From Promethearchaeota archaeon (GTDB lineage Archaea; Asgardarchaeota; Lokiarchaeia; Sigyniarchaeales; SOKP01), in contig JAUWGH010000004.1 of NCBI GenBank assembly GCA_030606485.1, forward strand, positions 240,001-272,000: a DNA stretch of 32,000 bases, written 5' to 3'. A program made the translations under genes and the position numbers. The notes beneath the pieces were generated by a model, which worked only from the letters and a program-made list of their open reading frames with translations, was not told the origin of the DNA and did no database searches. Below, in pieces: positions 1 through 9,915 of this stretch (positions are counted from its first letter, which is position 1; the number at the start of each line of letters is the position of its first letter).

Positions 1-1033
1 TTTTTAAAATATGTTTCAATCTCAAATAAAAATTATTTTCCTTTAATTTTTGAGTAAATATTAAATTTTTAAACCTTTTTTTATGTGATATTCCTTGAAA
101 TCTTTTATTTAATCTTGATAAAATTTGGTTCGAAATAGTATTAACGGCTAGAGTAATAAGAAATAATATAATTCCTAAAGCAAATAAGGCCTCACGATGA
201 ATGCTACCAGCAGGAGTTTCTCCCATTTCAAGTCCTATACTGGCAGTTATGGTCATTATACCAGAGAAAATATTTGTTATGGGATCAGGAATAATTGCGC
301 AATTACCAGTTACCATTAAGATTGTCATAGTTTCCCCTAATGCTCTACCAATTCCCAAAATAATTGCCGTCATAATTCCAGAAAGAGATATTGGTAGAAC
401 AACTTTAATTATCGTTTGCCATTTTGTCGCACCTATGGCAAGTGATGCCTCTCTGTAATGATTGGGCACGGCGCTAATTGCATCTTCAGATACACTCACT
501 ATTGTTGGTAAGCACATTATTGCAAGTATTATTGACCCTGATAGCCAAGTATTCCCCGAAGGAATATTAAAAAAAATCCTTATAAATTGATTCAAAACAA
601 TTATTCCAAAAAATCCATAAACCACAGAGGGTATTCCTGAGAGAATCTCTACAGCTCCTTTAAGAAATCTACTAATTCTTGGTGGAGCAATTTCAGCTAT
701 AAAAATTGCGGTGCCAAGACCTAAGGGAATAGCAATCACCATTGCTCCAATTGTGACCAATAAAGTTCCCATTATTAATGGAGCAGCACCAAAATAATTC
801 CTGCTAGGCAACCATTTCTCTCCAAATATAAAATCAAAAAAAGAAACTTTTTGAAAGAAACCCCCTCCTAAGGCAAACAAAAATATAATTATAAAAAATA
901 TAAAAATTGTTGCTATAGAAGCAAATATAAAAAGAGATGATTTAATTAAACTTTCTTTAGAAAATGCTTTTTTTGAAAATTTTTCTTGAACTGTTTTTGA
1001 TACTTCTTCTTGATCATATAATTGTATTGACAT
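1..1033 (-). CDS. pstC: Phosphate ABC transporter permease PstC (partial, runs off the left edge)
   Basis: Not in the ORF track. Manual translation from ATG at 1033 gives MSIQLYDQEEVSK...FGAAPLIMGTLLVTIGAMVIAIPLGLGTAIFIAEIAP...LSGIPSVVYGFFG...EMGETPAGSIHREALFALGIILFLITLAVN, with no stop before position 1. These are PstC-type motifs, and the gene lies directly downstream of pstS on the same strand. Confidence 0.93.
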   Translation of the reverse strand, partial: MSIQLYDQEEVSKTVQEKFSKKAFSKESLIKSSLFIFASIATIFIFFIIIFLFALGGGFFQKVSFFDFIFGEKWLPSRNYFGAAPLIMGTLLVTIGAMVIAIPLGLGTAIFIAEIAPPRISRFLKGAVEILSGIPSVVYGFFGIIVLNQFIRIFFNIPSGNTWLSGSIILAIMCLPTIVSVSEDAISAVPNHYREASLAIGATKWQTIIKVVLPISLSGIMTAIILGIGRALGETMTILMVTGNCAIIPDPITNIFSGIMTITASIGLEMGETPAGSIHREALFALGIILFLITLAVNTISNQILSRLNKRFQGISHKKRFKNLIFTQKLKENNFYLRLKHILK

Positions 1034-1369
1034 TTTAAATTAGTGTTTCTTTTATTACTAATAGTTTTATAACTCCATTGCTTAAAGAATCAAAATCATA
1101 TGCGATATTATTTTTTATTTTTGCATCTTTTTACCTTTTCAAGAAAGAAAAATTAAGATTAAATAAAATCTATATCATCATATTCTCCATATATGAATAT
1201 ATTTTATAGAGAAATTTTGTGATATTAGAGGAATAATGGTTAGGATGATTTTTAATCAAATATAATTAAATAAATTATTGTTTTAAATAAAAAATATAGA
1301 GTTAGAATTTAAAAATTGAAAAAAAAGATATTAATTAAATTTTAAAATAACTCGAATTTTTTATTTGAA

Positions 1370-2242
1370 TTAACCCCATAAACGAACAAAACCTTCATCA
1401 TCGACGATTTGTTGTCCACATGGGCCAAAAATAAAGCTTAGAAAAGCTTTTGATGCGGCATTTGGTTCTCCGTTAGTTATTAAATGTAGATATCGTGATA
1501 TTTTATAAGATCCATTCTTTACATTAGCAATGGTTGGTGCTATACCATCTATTTCTACACCAATTACACTATTATCAAGATAACCCAAGCCAACAAATCC
1601 AATTGCATTTGGATTATTGGAGATTTCAGTTCTCATTACTCCATTAGATTGAGCTTTTAAGTGGTTAGCAACATCATTTTCATAATCTAAATCTTCTTCT
1701 AATCCTGTGAGGTCTTCAAAACTTGCTCTTGTTCCCGAACCTTCAACTCTATTCCAAACAACAATTATTGTTGTTGAAGTTGTGCTACCAACATCATCCC
1801 AACTATCGTATATTCCATTGTAAATTCCTACTAACTGTTCCATTGTAAGACTAGTTAAACCATGAGTATTATCAGCATCAAAAATAATAGCTATTCCGTC
1901 TAAGGCAAATGAAAAATCTTTCAAATTGCCAGTTACATTTTCATTTGGCGGTGATTTCACAGGACGTGAAGCCATACCAATATCTGTAATTCCATCAGTT
2001 ACATGAGCTATTCCTGTACCTGAACCACCAGCACCAACTGTAATAACATAGTCAGGATAAAGTCCCATAAATTCCTCTGCCGCTTTGTCTATTATTGGAA
2101 AACAAGTCGTTGAGCCGTCAATATTAATTGTGTATGTTTGTGTTCCATATGGATTATAATAGAGAGCTGTGATTCCCCATGTCGCAAAAAAAGTAATAAT
2201 TATTGCAATTATAGCTAAAAATGCTATTCCTTTTTTTTCCAT
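1370..2242 (-). CDS. pstS: Phosphate ABC transporter substrate-binding protein PstS
   Basis: N-terminal hydrophobic anchor and phosphate-binding motifs IDGSTT, GAGGSGTG, GMASR and RVEGSGTR; flanked by pstC and phoU. Confidence 0.95.
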   Translation of the reverse strand: MEKKGIAFLAIIAIIITFFATWGITALYYNPYGTQTYTINIDGSTTCFPIIDKAAEEFMGLYPDYVITVGAGGSGTGIAHVTDGITDIGMASRPVKSPPNENVTGNLKDFSFALDGIAIIFDADNTHGLTSLTMEQLVGIYNGIYDSWDDVGSTTSTTIIVVWNRVEGSGTRASFEDLTGLEEDLDYENDVANHLKAQSNGVMRTEISNNPNAIGFVGLGYLDNSVIGVEIDGIAPTIANVKNGSYKISRYLHLITNGEPNAASKAFLSFIFGPCGQQIVDDEGFVRLWG

Positions 2243-2474
2243 TTTTGTATTCCTTATTTTTTTTAAAAATTTTTTTATAAAATTTCAAAAGAAAGGAATT
2301 ATTTACGATATTTATTCATTATCGACGTAAAATATGGATTTTAAAAGAGAATATTGATGGCAATATATAATATATATTTGAAATTAATAATGGATACCAA
2401 ATCCTATTATTTTATTTTTTTGATGGAAAATCTTAATTTTTAATTTCTTACATAAATATATAATTTTTTGTTTT

Positions 2475-2543
2475 TATATATAGAATATATAATCTATATA
2501 TAGAAATATATAAATGATATTTTTAATTTATATATATATAAAT
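2475..2543. promoter_or_regulatory. TATATA-rich repeats in the divergent pstS/phoU promoter region (candidate operator or TATA elements)
   Basis: TATATATAGAA occurs at 2475-2485 and 2495-2505 (20-bp period). Palindrome TCTATATATAGA at 2493-2504 and a further TA run around 2528-2543. Function is inferred from position only. Confidence 0.45.
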
Positions 2544-2587
2544 TATATTGAAAAAGCATAGACTAATTCTAAATCAAAGTAATTATA

Positions 2588-3589
2588 ATGGAAATACGAA
2601 AAGTTCAAATCACAGGAGGGTCATCCTTTACGATAACTCTTCCAAAAGAGTGGATTACACAAATGAAAATCAATAAAAATGATACTTTAGGTTTAACTCC
2701 TCAATCAGATGGAACTCTTTTAATTACTCCAAATCCCTCTGAAGAAAAGCTAAAACGTGTTAAAGAATTTCATATAGATGAAATTCAAGATGTAAATTAT
2801 TTATTCCGATTATTAATAGGAGCTTATATAATGGGGTATAATTATATCAAGATTGTCGCTAATAGTAAAATTAGCCCACAATTTAGAGATTGTGCCATAA
2901 ATTTTACACAGACGGCAATTGGACCAGAAATAGTTGAAGAAACCTTAAATACAATTACAATTAAAGACTTAGTAAACCCAATAGAAATGCCATTCAATAA
3001 GAGTATAAAGCGAATTAATATTCTTGTGAGGACAATGCATGAAGATGCAATAATAGCTTTAAAAAATAAAGATAAAAATTTGGCTGAGGATGTTATATCT
3101 AGAGATAGGGAGATTAATCGACGACACTGGCTTATTGCGCGTCAATCTAATATGGTTTTACAAGATATTATCTTAGCTCGAAAAATGGATGTTTCCCTTG
3201 AAGAAGCAAATCATTATTTTCTTATTAGTAGGCATCTTGAAAGAATAGGAGACCATGCAGTGCGAATTGCAAAAAATATTTATTATCTCATTAAAAAAAA
3301 AATAGATATAGAGATTATTAATCAGATATCTGACGCAAGTAATTTTTCTTTAGATATACTCACCAAAAGTCTAGAGGCATTAGAAAGGCGAAATATAAAA
3401 ATGGCTAATGAGGGTATAGAGCATATTTCAGATTTGCTAGTATTGTGTGAAAATATAAGTAAATATCCTATTGATTCTAAAGACATATTATTAAGATTAA
3501 ATTATATCTCAGAAAGCATTAGAAGAACAGGAGAATATGCCAGAAATATTGCTGAAATAGTGATTAATACTTTAATAAAAGATAATTAA
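2588..3589 (+). CDS. phoU: Archaeal phosphate uptake regulator PhoU (N-terminal AbrB-like domain plus PhoU repeats)
   Basis: N-terminus MEIRKVQITGGSSFTITLPKEW is the AbrB-type signature; PhoU helical motifs SRHLERIGDHAVRIA and SESIRRTGEYARNIAE; divergent from pstS. Confidence 0.93.
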   Translation: MEIRKVQITGGSSFTITLPKEWITQMKINKNDTLGLTPQSDGTLLITPNPSEEKLKRVKEFHIDEIQDVNYLFRLLIGAYIMGYNYIKIVANSKISPQFRDCAINFTQTAIGPEIVEETLNTITIKDLVNPIEMPFNKSIKRINILVRTMHEDAIIALKNKDKNLAEDVISRDREINRRHWLIARQSNMVLQDIILARKMDVSLEEANHYFLISRHLERIGDHAVRIAKNIYYLIKKKIDIEIINQISDASNFSLDILTKSLEALERRNIKMANEGIEHISDLLVLCENISKYPIDSKDILLRLNYISESIRRTGEYARNIAEIVINTLIKDN

Positions 3590-3600
3590 CCTGCCAAAAA

Positions 3601-6078
3601 TCATGTAAAAATCTTATGTGGTGCGAATTTTTTTAGTATTTTATAGCCTAATTTACTAAAAATACTCGTTTTATTTTTATGCAGAATGACAACGGAATCA
3701 TAATTAAAGAGGATTAGTTCAATTTTTTTATAAGGTATCTCAATTTCCTCTCCAAAGATATTTTTAATTATTACCTTGCTTTTTTCAACCTCATTTTGAT
3801 TTTTAAAATTAACATTTATATTTTGGATATAGCCGATTTCCTCATTATTGACTGGTTTTTTTAAAAAGATTGAAGTCCTAATCTGTTTATCTTTTAGCCA
3901 TTCTAGAATTTTTAATTCATATGGTTTAGTGTTCAAATCTCTATAAAAAATTATACAAATACCATTTTCAGAAGTTTTAACAATTAAATCTTTTAAATCA
4001 TATACTACTGGGTTTAAATTCTCGTCAGAATTACCATATTCTAGAAGTGAAATCTTATAATCACCATATATTTCAGAGGGCGTTATATCAGTACATTCCC
4101 TTATTGATAATGTGCCTTTCGTAGTAAAGAAGACTTCTTTTCCTTTAAGATTTTCAATTATTTCTATAGATTTTGGAAGTTTGGTTTTATTTATATTCTT
4201 ATTAATTGTATCATTGGATTTTGACTTAAATACATAATTTCCCTTTGTATGGTCTTCTAATAAATCAACTTTAGTTAGAGTTATTGGATTTTCCTTTTCA
4301 AAAAAATATTTTCCATCTATTTGAAATTCTACTAAACTATAGAAAGAAGGGTTAATTTTTTCTTTTATATTTCCCTCTAAATTTTCAATAATGAATACAA
4401 CAGGATTTGTTATTTCATTAGTAAAAGAAATATCAATTAATTTACCCAAAATTATAGCTTTGGTGATTTTATTCTCGAATAAATATGTTTTATTAAAATA
4501 TTTTTGATATATTTCTTTTTTATTTTGGTGTTCCATCATTTCTGGAATATTAGAAATCTCAAATTTTTCTTTAAATTTAGTAGTTGCTACTTTTGTAAAT
4601 AATTCTCTCGCTTGAGAAAATTTTACCGCATATTTTCTCTGTTTAGATTTTTTCATTAATATAAACGTTAGAAAAGCCTCCTTTAAGGGATTTAAATTAT
4701 CCCCTAGAATTGCTGCAATTCTAAAATAAGTTGGCGGATGAGAGTTAATAAAATTGCTGAGTAAAGATAATCTTGAGGGTTGTATCATAGAATTATTAAT
4801 ATATTCCGCAGTACTCATATAATCTAATAAGATATTATATGGTTTTTGCTTCTCCTCTGTGAGTAATAAAGTATTAAGCCCCACCTCGTGTCCATGTGCG
4901 TAGAAACTTTCTAGATTATACAGAGCTTTGGCAAGATTGAGACCAAGTCCTATTTTTTTTGTTTTTAAGTCAGCTCGACCCTCTAAAATTCTCACAAATA
5001 TAAATAATATTACAAAAATTCCCAAATTTAGAAATATAAAAACTATTAGTGGAATGGAGGGATTTCCAAATACATAGTCATAATATGTGGCAGGAATATT
5101 AAGTATCATTCTGAAGATTAAATCAATAGATGTTATAAATGTTAAAATTAAAGTATGATTTCCTTTTAAATGTGCAAGTTCGTGTGCAATTATCCCATCT
5201 ATTTCATCCTCTGCTATTTCAGAAATATCTTCAGCAATGATTGCTACCCTTTTATCTAAAAAGGAACCATAAGCCATCGCGTTGAGTATTGGATATTTAC
5301 CAAATCCTACTTTAACTTTTCCATGTATCCCCACTTTTTCCTTTAACTTATTAACTAAGTTGAGAAGTTTCTCATCTTGGACTCTTTTTATTCCCAACAT
5401 TTTATCTAAAATGGGACCTGAAATGAAATAAATGACCCAATTTGTAAATAGTAAAACAACATAGATATAATCAATGAAGTTTAAAGGAGTATATTGATTT
5501 ATGAAGATAACCACTAACCATGCGAGAACATACAGGAGTAATGTGAGATATTCGGGACTCAAAAATCTAAATACAACAATGTATTTTCTTCCAAAGTATG
5601 CAAAACCCAAGCCTAAAATTAACCAAATAGAAAAAGAAAAAGCAGTATTTATAATAATATCATTATTTATTATTTTTGAAATAATCCCTGAGAAAAAGAT
5701 TACTGCATAAGTAATTAGTGATATATCAAGTAATTTGCTTAATACTTCATATTCTTTTACTTCAGATCTTCCTAATAGCAGATAAATAAAGAAAGCCCCC
5801 ATAAATGAAGTCATTAAATCTTTAAACAGAAAAAATATAAAAAAAAACAAAAAAGCAATAAAAACAATATCAGCTAATTCACTTCTTTTTCCTTCTTTTA
5901 CCCAATGATATATTTCATTGACTAAAAAAAAATATAAAAGAAGTGTAATCCAAAATGCAATATCTAATATTATTGTTATCCAGTCAGGAGTAAAAAATAC
6001 AAATCCAAAAAGGTATATAGATAAACCAGACAGAAATAAAGTAAGAATTAAGACTAGAATCCGTTTATTTTTCTCCAT
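3601..6078 (-). CDS. M48-family (HtpX/Ste24-like) zinc membrane metalloprotease with a long C-terminal extension
   Basis: Multi-TM N-terminus, NAMAYG, HELAH (HExxH, 5170-5184), EGRAD (third ligand) and SHPPTYFRI, followed by about 330 aa of soluble sequence. Confidence 0.85.
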   Translation of the reverse strand: MEKNKRILVLILTLFLSGLSIYLFGFVFFTPDWITIILDIAFWITLLLYFFLVNEIYHWVKEGKRSELADIVFIAFLFFFIFFLFKDLMTSFMGAFFIYLLLGRSEVKEYEVLSKLLDISLITYAVIFFSGIISKIINNDIIINTAFSFSIWLILGLGFAYFGRKYIVVFRFLSPEYLTLLLYVLAWLVVIFINQYTPLNFIDYIYVVLLFTNWVIYFISGPILDKMLGIKRVQDEKLLNLVNKLKEKVGIHGKVKVGFGKYPILNAMAYGSFLDKRVAIIAEDISEIAEDEIDGIIAHELAHLKGNHTLILTFITSIDLIFRMILNIPATYYDYVFGNPSIPLIVFIFLNLGIFVILFIFVRILEGRADLKTKKIGLGLNLAKALYNLESFYAHGHEVGLNTLLLTEEKQKPYNILLDYMSTAEYINNSMIQPSRLSLLSNFINSHPPTYFRIAAILGDNLNPLKEAFLTFILMKKSKQRKYAVKFSQARELFTKVATTKFKEKFEISNIPEMMEHQNKKEIYQKYFNKTYLFENKITKAIILGKLIDISFTNEITNPVVFIIENLEGNIKEKINPSFYSLVEFQIDGKYFFEKENPITLTKVDLLEDHTKGNYVFKSKSNDTINKNINKTKLPKSIEIIENLKGKEVFFTTKGTLSIRECTDITPSEIYGDYKISLLEYGNSDENLNPVVYDLKDLIVKTSENGICIIFYRDLNTKPYELKILEWLKDKQIRTSIFLKKPVNNEEIGYIQNINVNFKNQNEVEKSKVIIKNIFGEEIEIPYKKIELILFNYDSVVILHKNKTSIFSKLGYKILKKFAPHKIFT

Positions 6079-6137
6079 TATAAATTATTATAAGAAATAG
6101 ACTAAAAAAGTTATTACTTTTTTAGAAAGTCAAATTT

Positions 6138-7226
6138 TTAGGTTATTTTCTGTAATTTATCTTCTGGAATTAAATACTGAGAACAATCAATATGTCTAAT
6201 CCAGTATAAATTCGCTGGTAGAATGTTATAATTTTTGCCTTCAGGAATTTTTTCTCCAAAAGCAAGCTTGACAAGTATATATGGCATATTAGCTTTTGGA
6301 ACATTATATTCTTTTCCAGCATAAGAAAAATAAAAGCTTGTTGTGAAAAATCTACCTGCATTTATTTCAGTTGGAACGATATTCCCTGCATTATCTTCTT
6401 TTAGATCAACGGAAAACACACCAGTTGCATCCGAATCAATACTTAATACTGCTTTTGTAGCCATTTTATTTATTTTATCATTATGTATAGTCTTTGCTAC
6501 AACAGGAGTGCCTGTTATTCCTGATGGCGCAAGGTAAGGATAGATATATTCTATTCTCTCTCTTGCTTGTGATGTTATAATCTCCCCATTATTGAATACA
6601 CTTTGAAAGGCAATATTCTTTCCAGGAAGAAATTCTTGTGCAATAAATTCCCAATTTTTATCTCTCGAATACCAATAGCGAATCCAACTTGAAGCAGTTT
6701 CTATATTATCAGCAGGAGTACTTCCAGTTCCTCCCGCCCCTTTCTTTGCTCTAATCCAGAGTTTATCTCCCAAAACAGAGAAAGCGTTATTTAAATCCTT
6801 TTCCAGATGATCTTTTCTAAGTTCAATAGCTTTCGCTGTTGGAAATCCTTTATTTTTCCAGATATCAGCACTTTTAAATTTATCTTGGCAAATACTTATT
6901 GTTTCTTTTTTGGGTAAAAATGTATTCGTATCTAATTTTTCACGATTTTCTGATATCACCGCAACTTCTACATCAGGTTGAGGAATTACTAACTCTATTT
7001 TATATTTTTCAATTATATTATTAATTTTAGGAATAAATTCAGGTGAATTACATCTTGGAACTAAAAACACTTTCCTTGTCCATGGTCGGGAAAATTCTAA
7101 ATGATAAATATTGATATCTGTACCATATAGATTCATTTTTTCAGAAGTAATATTCAGAGATTTAAGTGTATTGACTCCAGCAGGACCTCCAGAACCTGTG
7201 ATTAAAATTCTTTTCAAATAAATCAA
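6138..7226 (-). CDS. ATP-grasp domain protein (stand-alone, CarB-like ligase; substrate unknown)
   Basis: ILITGSGGPAG N-terminus, CQDKF, AKKGAGGTGS loop, QEFLPG, and the EINAGRF signature. Confidence 0.85.
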   Translation of the reverse strand: MIYLKRILITGSGGPAGVNTLKSLNITSEKMNLYGTDINIYHLEFSRPWTRKVFLVPRCNSPEFIPKINNIIEKYKIELVIPQPDVEVAVISENREKLDTNTFLPKKETISICQDKFKSADIWKNKGFPTAKAIELRKDHLEKDLNNAFSVLGDKLWIRAKKGAGGTGSTPADNIETASSWIRYWYSRDKNWEFIAQEFLPGKNIAFQSVFNNGEIITSQARERIEYIYPYLAPSGITGTPVVAKTIHNDKINKMATKAVLSIDSDATGVFSVDLKEDNAGNIVPTEINAGRFFTTSFYFSYAGKEYNVPKANMPYILVKLAFGEKIPEGKNYNILPANLYWIRHIDCSQYLIPEDKLQKIT

Positions 7227-7310
7227 CTTTAAAAAAATATATTATATGAATTAGAGTATTCTATTAAAGTAAATATTTTTGAAAATATAAGACTCTATTT
7301 TAATTGTAAT

Positions 7311-8474
7311 ATGAAAATTTGTTTTTTTGGAGCATTTGATGAAAATAGAAATGTGAATAGAGTTTTTCTAGATGGTTTGAAAAAAATCAAAAATATAGAG
7401 ATCATTACAGTAAATATTTCGACCCCTAATCTAGTAAGAGATTTTTTAACTAATCAAAAACATATGTTTACTTTATCATTTTTTAGGAATTTTATAAATC
7501 GTAACATTAATTTAATTAAAAAATATTTTAAATCAAATTATTATGATATAGATTATATTTATATCGGTTATCCGGGTCATGAATCAATATATTTTGCATA
7601 TTTTTTAAGAATTTTATCATGGAAATTATTTAATAGAAAAATCCCTATTATTTTTAATCCATACACTTCATTAATTGATTCTGTTACAATGGATTATCGA
7701 AAATTGAAAAAGAAATCGTTTTTAGCAAAACTCTATTACTTAATTGAATGGATTGCTTTTCATTTATCAGATTTAATAATTTCACAATCGAATATGGAAA
7801 AATATCGATTTTGTGAGCTTTTTCACTTAAATCCAAAAAAAATTTTTAGGATATTTTTAGGAGTTAATGAGGTGTTGTTTTATCCTCAGAAATATGAAGG
7901 ATTTAAAGATAAGTTTGTTATTGGATTTAATGGTAATTACATTCCATTGCATGGGATTGAATATATTATAAAATCAGCTAAAAGAATAGAACAATATACT
8001 AAAGACATAATATTTGAAATTGTCGGTGGAACAAAATCAGAGATATTTGAAAAGAAAAAAATTGTTAAAAAACTTGGTATTTCAAATATTAGTTTTTTTC
8101 CTCAAATTCCAATTAATCTAATACCACAAACAATTGCAAGGTCTGATATTCAATTGGGAGTATTTGGTTCTACGTTGAAAGCGAGAAGAGTTATTCCGAA
8201 TAAAGTTTATACTGCATTAGCAATGAGAAAACCAATAATTACCGCAAATACAAAAGCAATAAATGAACTATTAACGCATCAAAAGAATTGTTACTTATGT
8301 AAGAGAGCAGATCCAGATAGCTTAGCGAATGCTATTATCACATTATATGAAAATGAAAAATTGAGAAATGAAATTGCATTGAATGGATATGAATTGTTTC
8401 AAAAAAAACTCAATTCTGCAAAATTATCTAAAAAGTTAATTAATATGATTAAAAATTATAAAAATCTTAAATAA
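7311..8474 (+). CDS. Glycosyltransferase, GT-B fold, family 4-like
   Basis: FNGNYIPLHGIEYIIKSA and PNKVYTALAMRKPII...NCYLC..DPDSLANAI match the GT4 C-terminal domain. Confidence 0.88.
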   Translation: MKICFFGAFDENRNVNRVFLDGLKKIKNIEIITVNISTPNLVRDFLTNQKHMFTLSFFRNFINRNINLIKKYFKSNYYDIDYIYIGYPGHESIYFAYFLRILSWKLFNRKIPIIFNPYTSLIDSVTMDYRKLKKKSFLAKLYYLIEWIAFHLSDLIISQSNMEKYRFCELFHLNPKKIFRIFLGVNEVLFYPQKYEGFKDKFVIGFNGNYIPLHGIEYIIKSAKRIEQYTKDIIFEIVGGTKSEIFEKKKIVKKLGISNISFFPQIPINLIPQTIARSDIQLGVFGSTLKARRVIPNKVYTALAMRKPIITANTKAINELLTHQKNCYLCKRADPDSLANAIITLYENEKLRNEIALNGYELFQKKLNSAKLSKKLINMIKNYKNLK

Positions 8475-8495
8475 CTTGGTTTGAATTAAGCTGGC

Positions 8496-9851
8496 TTAAA
8501 TATTTTCTTTATCTTCTCTTTTCTTCATTTTATCAATTTGCTTCCAAAAATAACGTAAACAGCCTACATAATACCAAAGACCCAATCCAACAGCTGTGAG
8601 AAGCCCACTCCAGAGCCAATTAAATGGAGTTTGTACTATAAACCAATCAATAAACCATACAAAAACAATTCCACTAACTAATAATATCACCATTATTATT
8701 GAAATACCTCTAATTCTCGGAAATTTCCAATAAATAATTAATGAAAACCCACCACATATCAGAATAAAAATTATTCCTGAAATGATCAAAAATGCAATAT
8801 TATCATAGTATAGAGTCCATTGCATTGATAAAGCAGCAATAATGGCAAATTGACCACAAATAAGAGATAAAGCAAAAAAATTATTAACCAATTCAGGTTC
8901 CGTTAACTCTCCTTTTGCAAGGATCAATCTTGGCAAAGTCATTGCCGCATCATCCTCCCTTGAAGCTTTTATTTTACCGTTTTCCAAAAAGATTATATCA
9001 TTTTGTTTTTGTTGAATCTGACTACTTTCGAGTAATCGTCTAAGTGAAGATAATACATAAAAGCTGTTAAAAACATGACATAATAAAGTACAAAACGTTG
9101 GTACTTCGATTGAACCAAATATTGCAATACAACCAATCATCGCTCCAATAGTTAAAGTTCCTACATCACCTGGAAAAGTTTTTGCAGGATATTTGTTGTA
9201 TAAGAAAAAAGCTAATAATATTGCAATAAAGGGAACTGAATATATAACTGCTTGAGCTGAATTCCAAATTAAACCCGCAAGAAACATAAAAATTACTGCA
9301 ATGAGACATGTTCCTGAACCTTCACCATTATAGCCTTCAAGCATATTGACTGTATTTGTTGTAACTGCAATAATTACAGGTAATACAAGCGGATAAATAA
9401 AATTAAGACGTAACATTCCTAAAATAGGGATAGTGGGGCTGTCAACATTAATAAAATTAGAAAAATTAAGAATGAAAATTGGTCCACCAATTATGATAGT
9501 TAATATAATTTTTTTTATTGAGGATAATTTTTTGCGATCATCAATAAGTCCAATTATTGCAGCACAAACAATTGTTAAAAGAATAACCAAAATCTCATTA
9601 ATAATTTTAGGAAACATAACAAGCATAATAATTAAAGAGATACACAACCCTATTACTATACTTATTCCTCCGGATTCAGCAACTTCAGGCTTATCTATTT
9701 TATGAATATCAATGCCAACCCATCCTTTTGACCTTGTGAATTTAATTACGAATGGAATAATGAAATATGTGATTAAGAAAGAAATTACGAATAAAATAAT
9801 TAAATAAATTATTTCCATTAGACCAAATTCATATTCAGAAAAGTTTAGCAC
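8496..9851 (-). CDS. aglH: UDP-GlcNAc:polyprenyl-phosphate GlcNAc-1-P transferase (AglH/Alg7-DPAGT1 type, MraY/WecA superfamily)
   Basis: About 12 hydrophobic segments; DIHKIDKPEVAESGG, IGLIDD, NTVNMLEGYNG and YNKYPAKTFPGDVGT. GTG start at 9851; a downstream ATG (MEIIY) is an alternative. Confidence 0.8.
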   Translation of the reverse strand: MLNFSEYEFGLMEIIYLIILFVISFLITYFIIPFVIKFTRSKGWVGIDIHKIDKPEVAESGGISIVIGLCISLIIMLVMFPKIINEILVILLTIVCAAIIGLIDDRKKLSSIKKIILTIIIGGPIFILNFSNFINVDSPTIPILGMLRLNFIYPLVLPVIIAVTTNTVNMLEGYNGEGSGTCLIAVIFMFLAGLIWNSAQAVIYSVPFIAILLAFFLYNKYPAKTFPGDVGTLTIGAMIGCIAIFGSIEVPTFCTLLCHVFNSFYVLSSLRRLLESSQIQQKQNDIIFLENGKIKASREDDAAMTLPRLILAKGELTEPELVNNFFALSLICGQFAIIAALSMQWTLYYDNIAFLIISGIIFILICGGFSLIIYWKFPRIRGISIIMVILLVSGIVFVWFIDWFIVQTPFNWLWSGLLTAVGLGLWYYVGCLRYFWKQIDKMKKREDKENI

Positions 9852-9884
9852 TTAGAATTATCACCCAGTATATTTTAAACTTTA

Positions 9885-9910
9885 AAGGTTTGGCATGAAA
9901 ACCCAACCTT
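9885..9910 (-). other. Stem-loop immediately 3' of tRNA-Gln (possible processing or termination signal)
   Basis: Minus strand AAGGTTGG-GTTTTCATG-CCAAACCTT forms 8 bp with one bulged A and starts 5 nt after the discriminator base. Confidence 0.35.
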
Positions 9911-9915
9911 AATAA

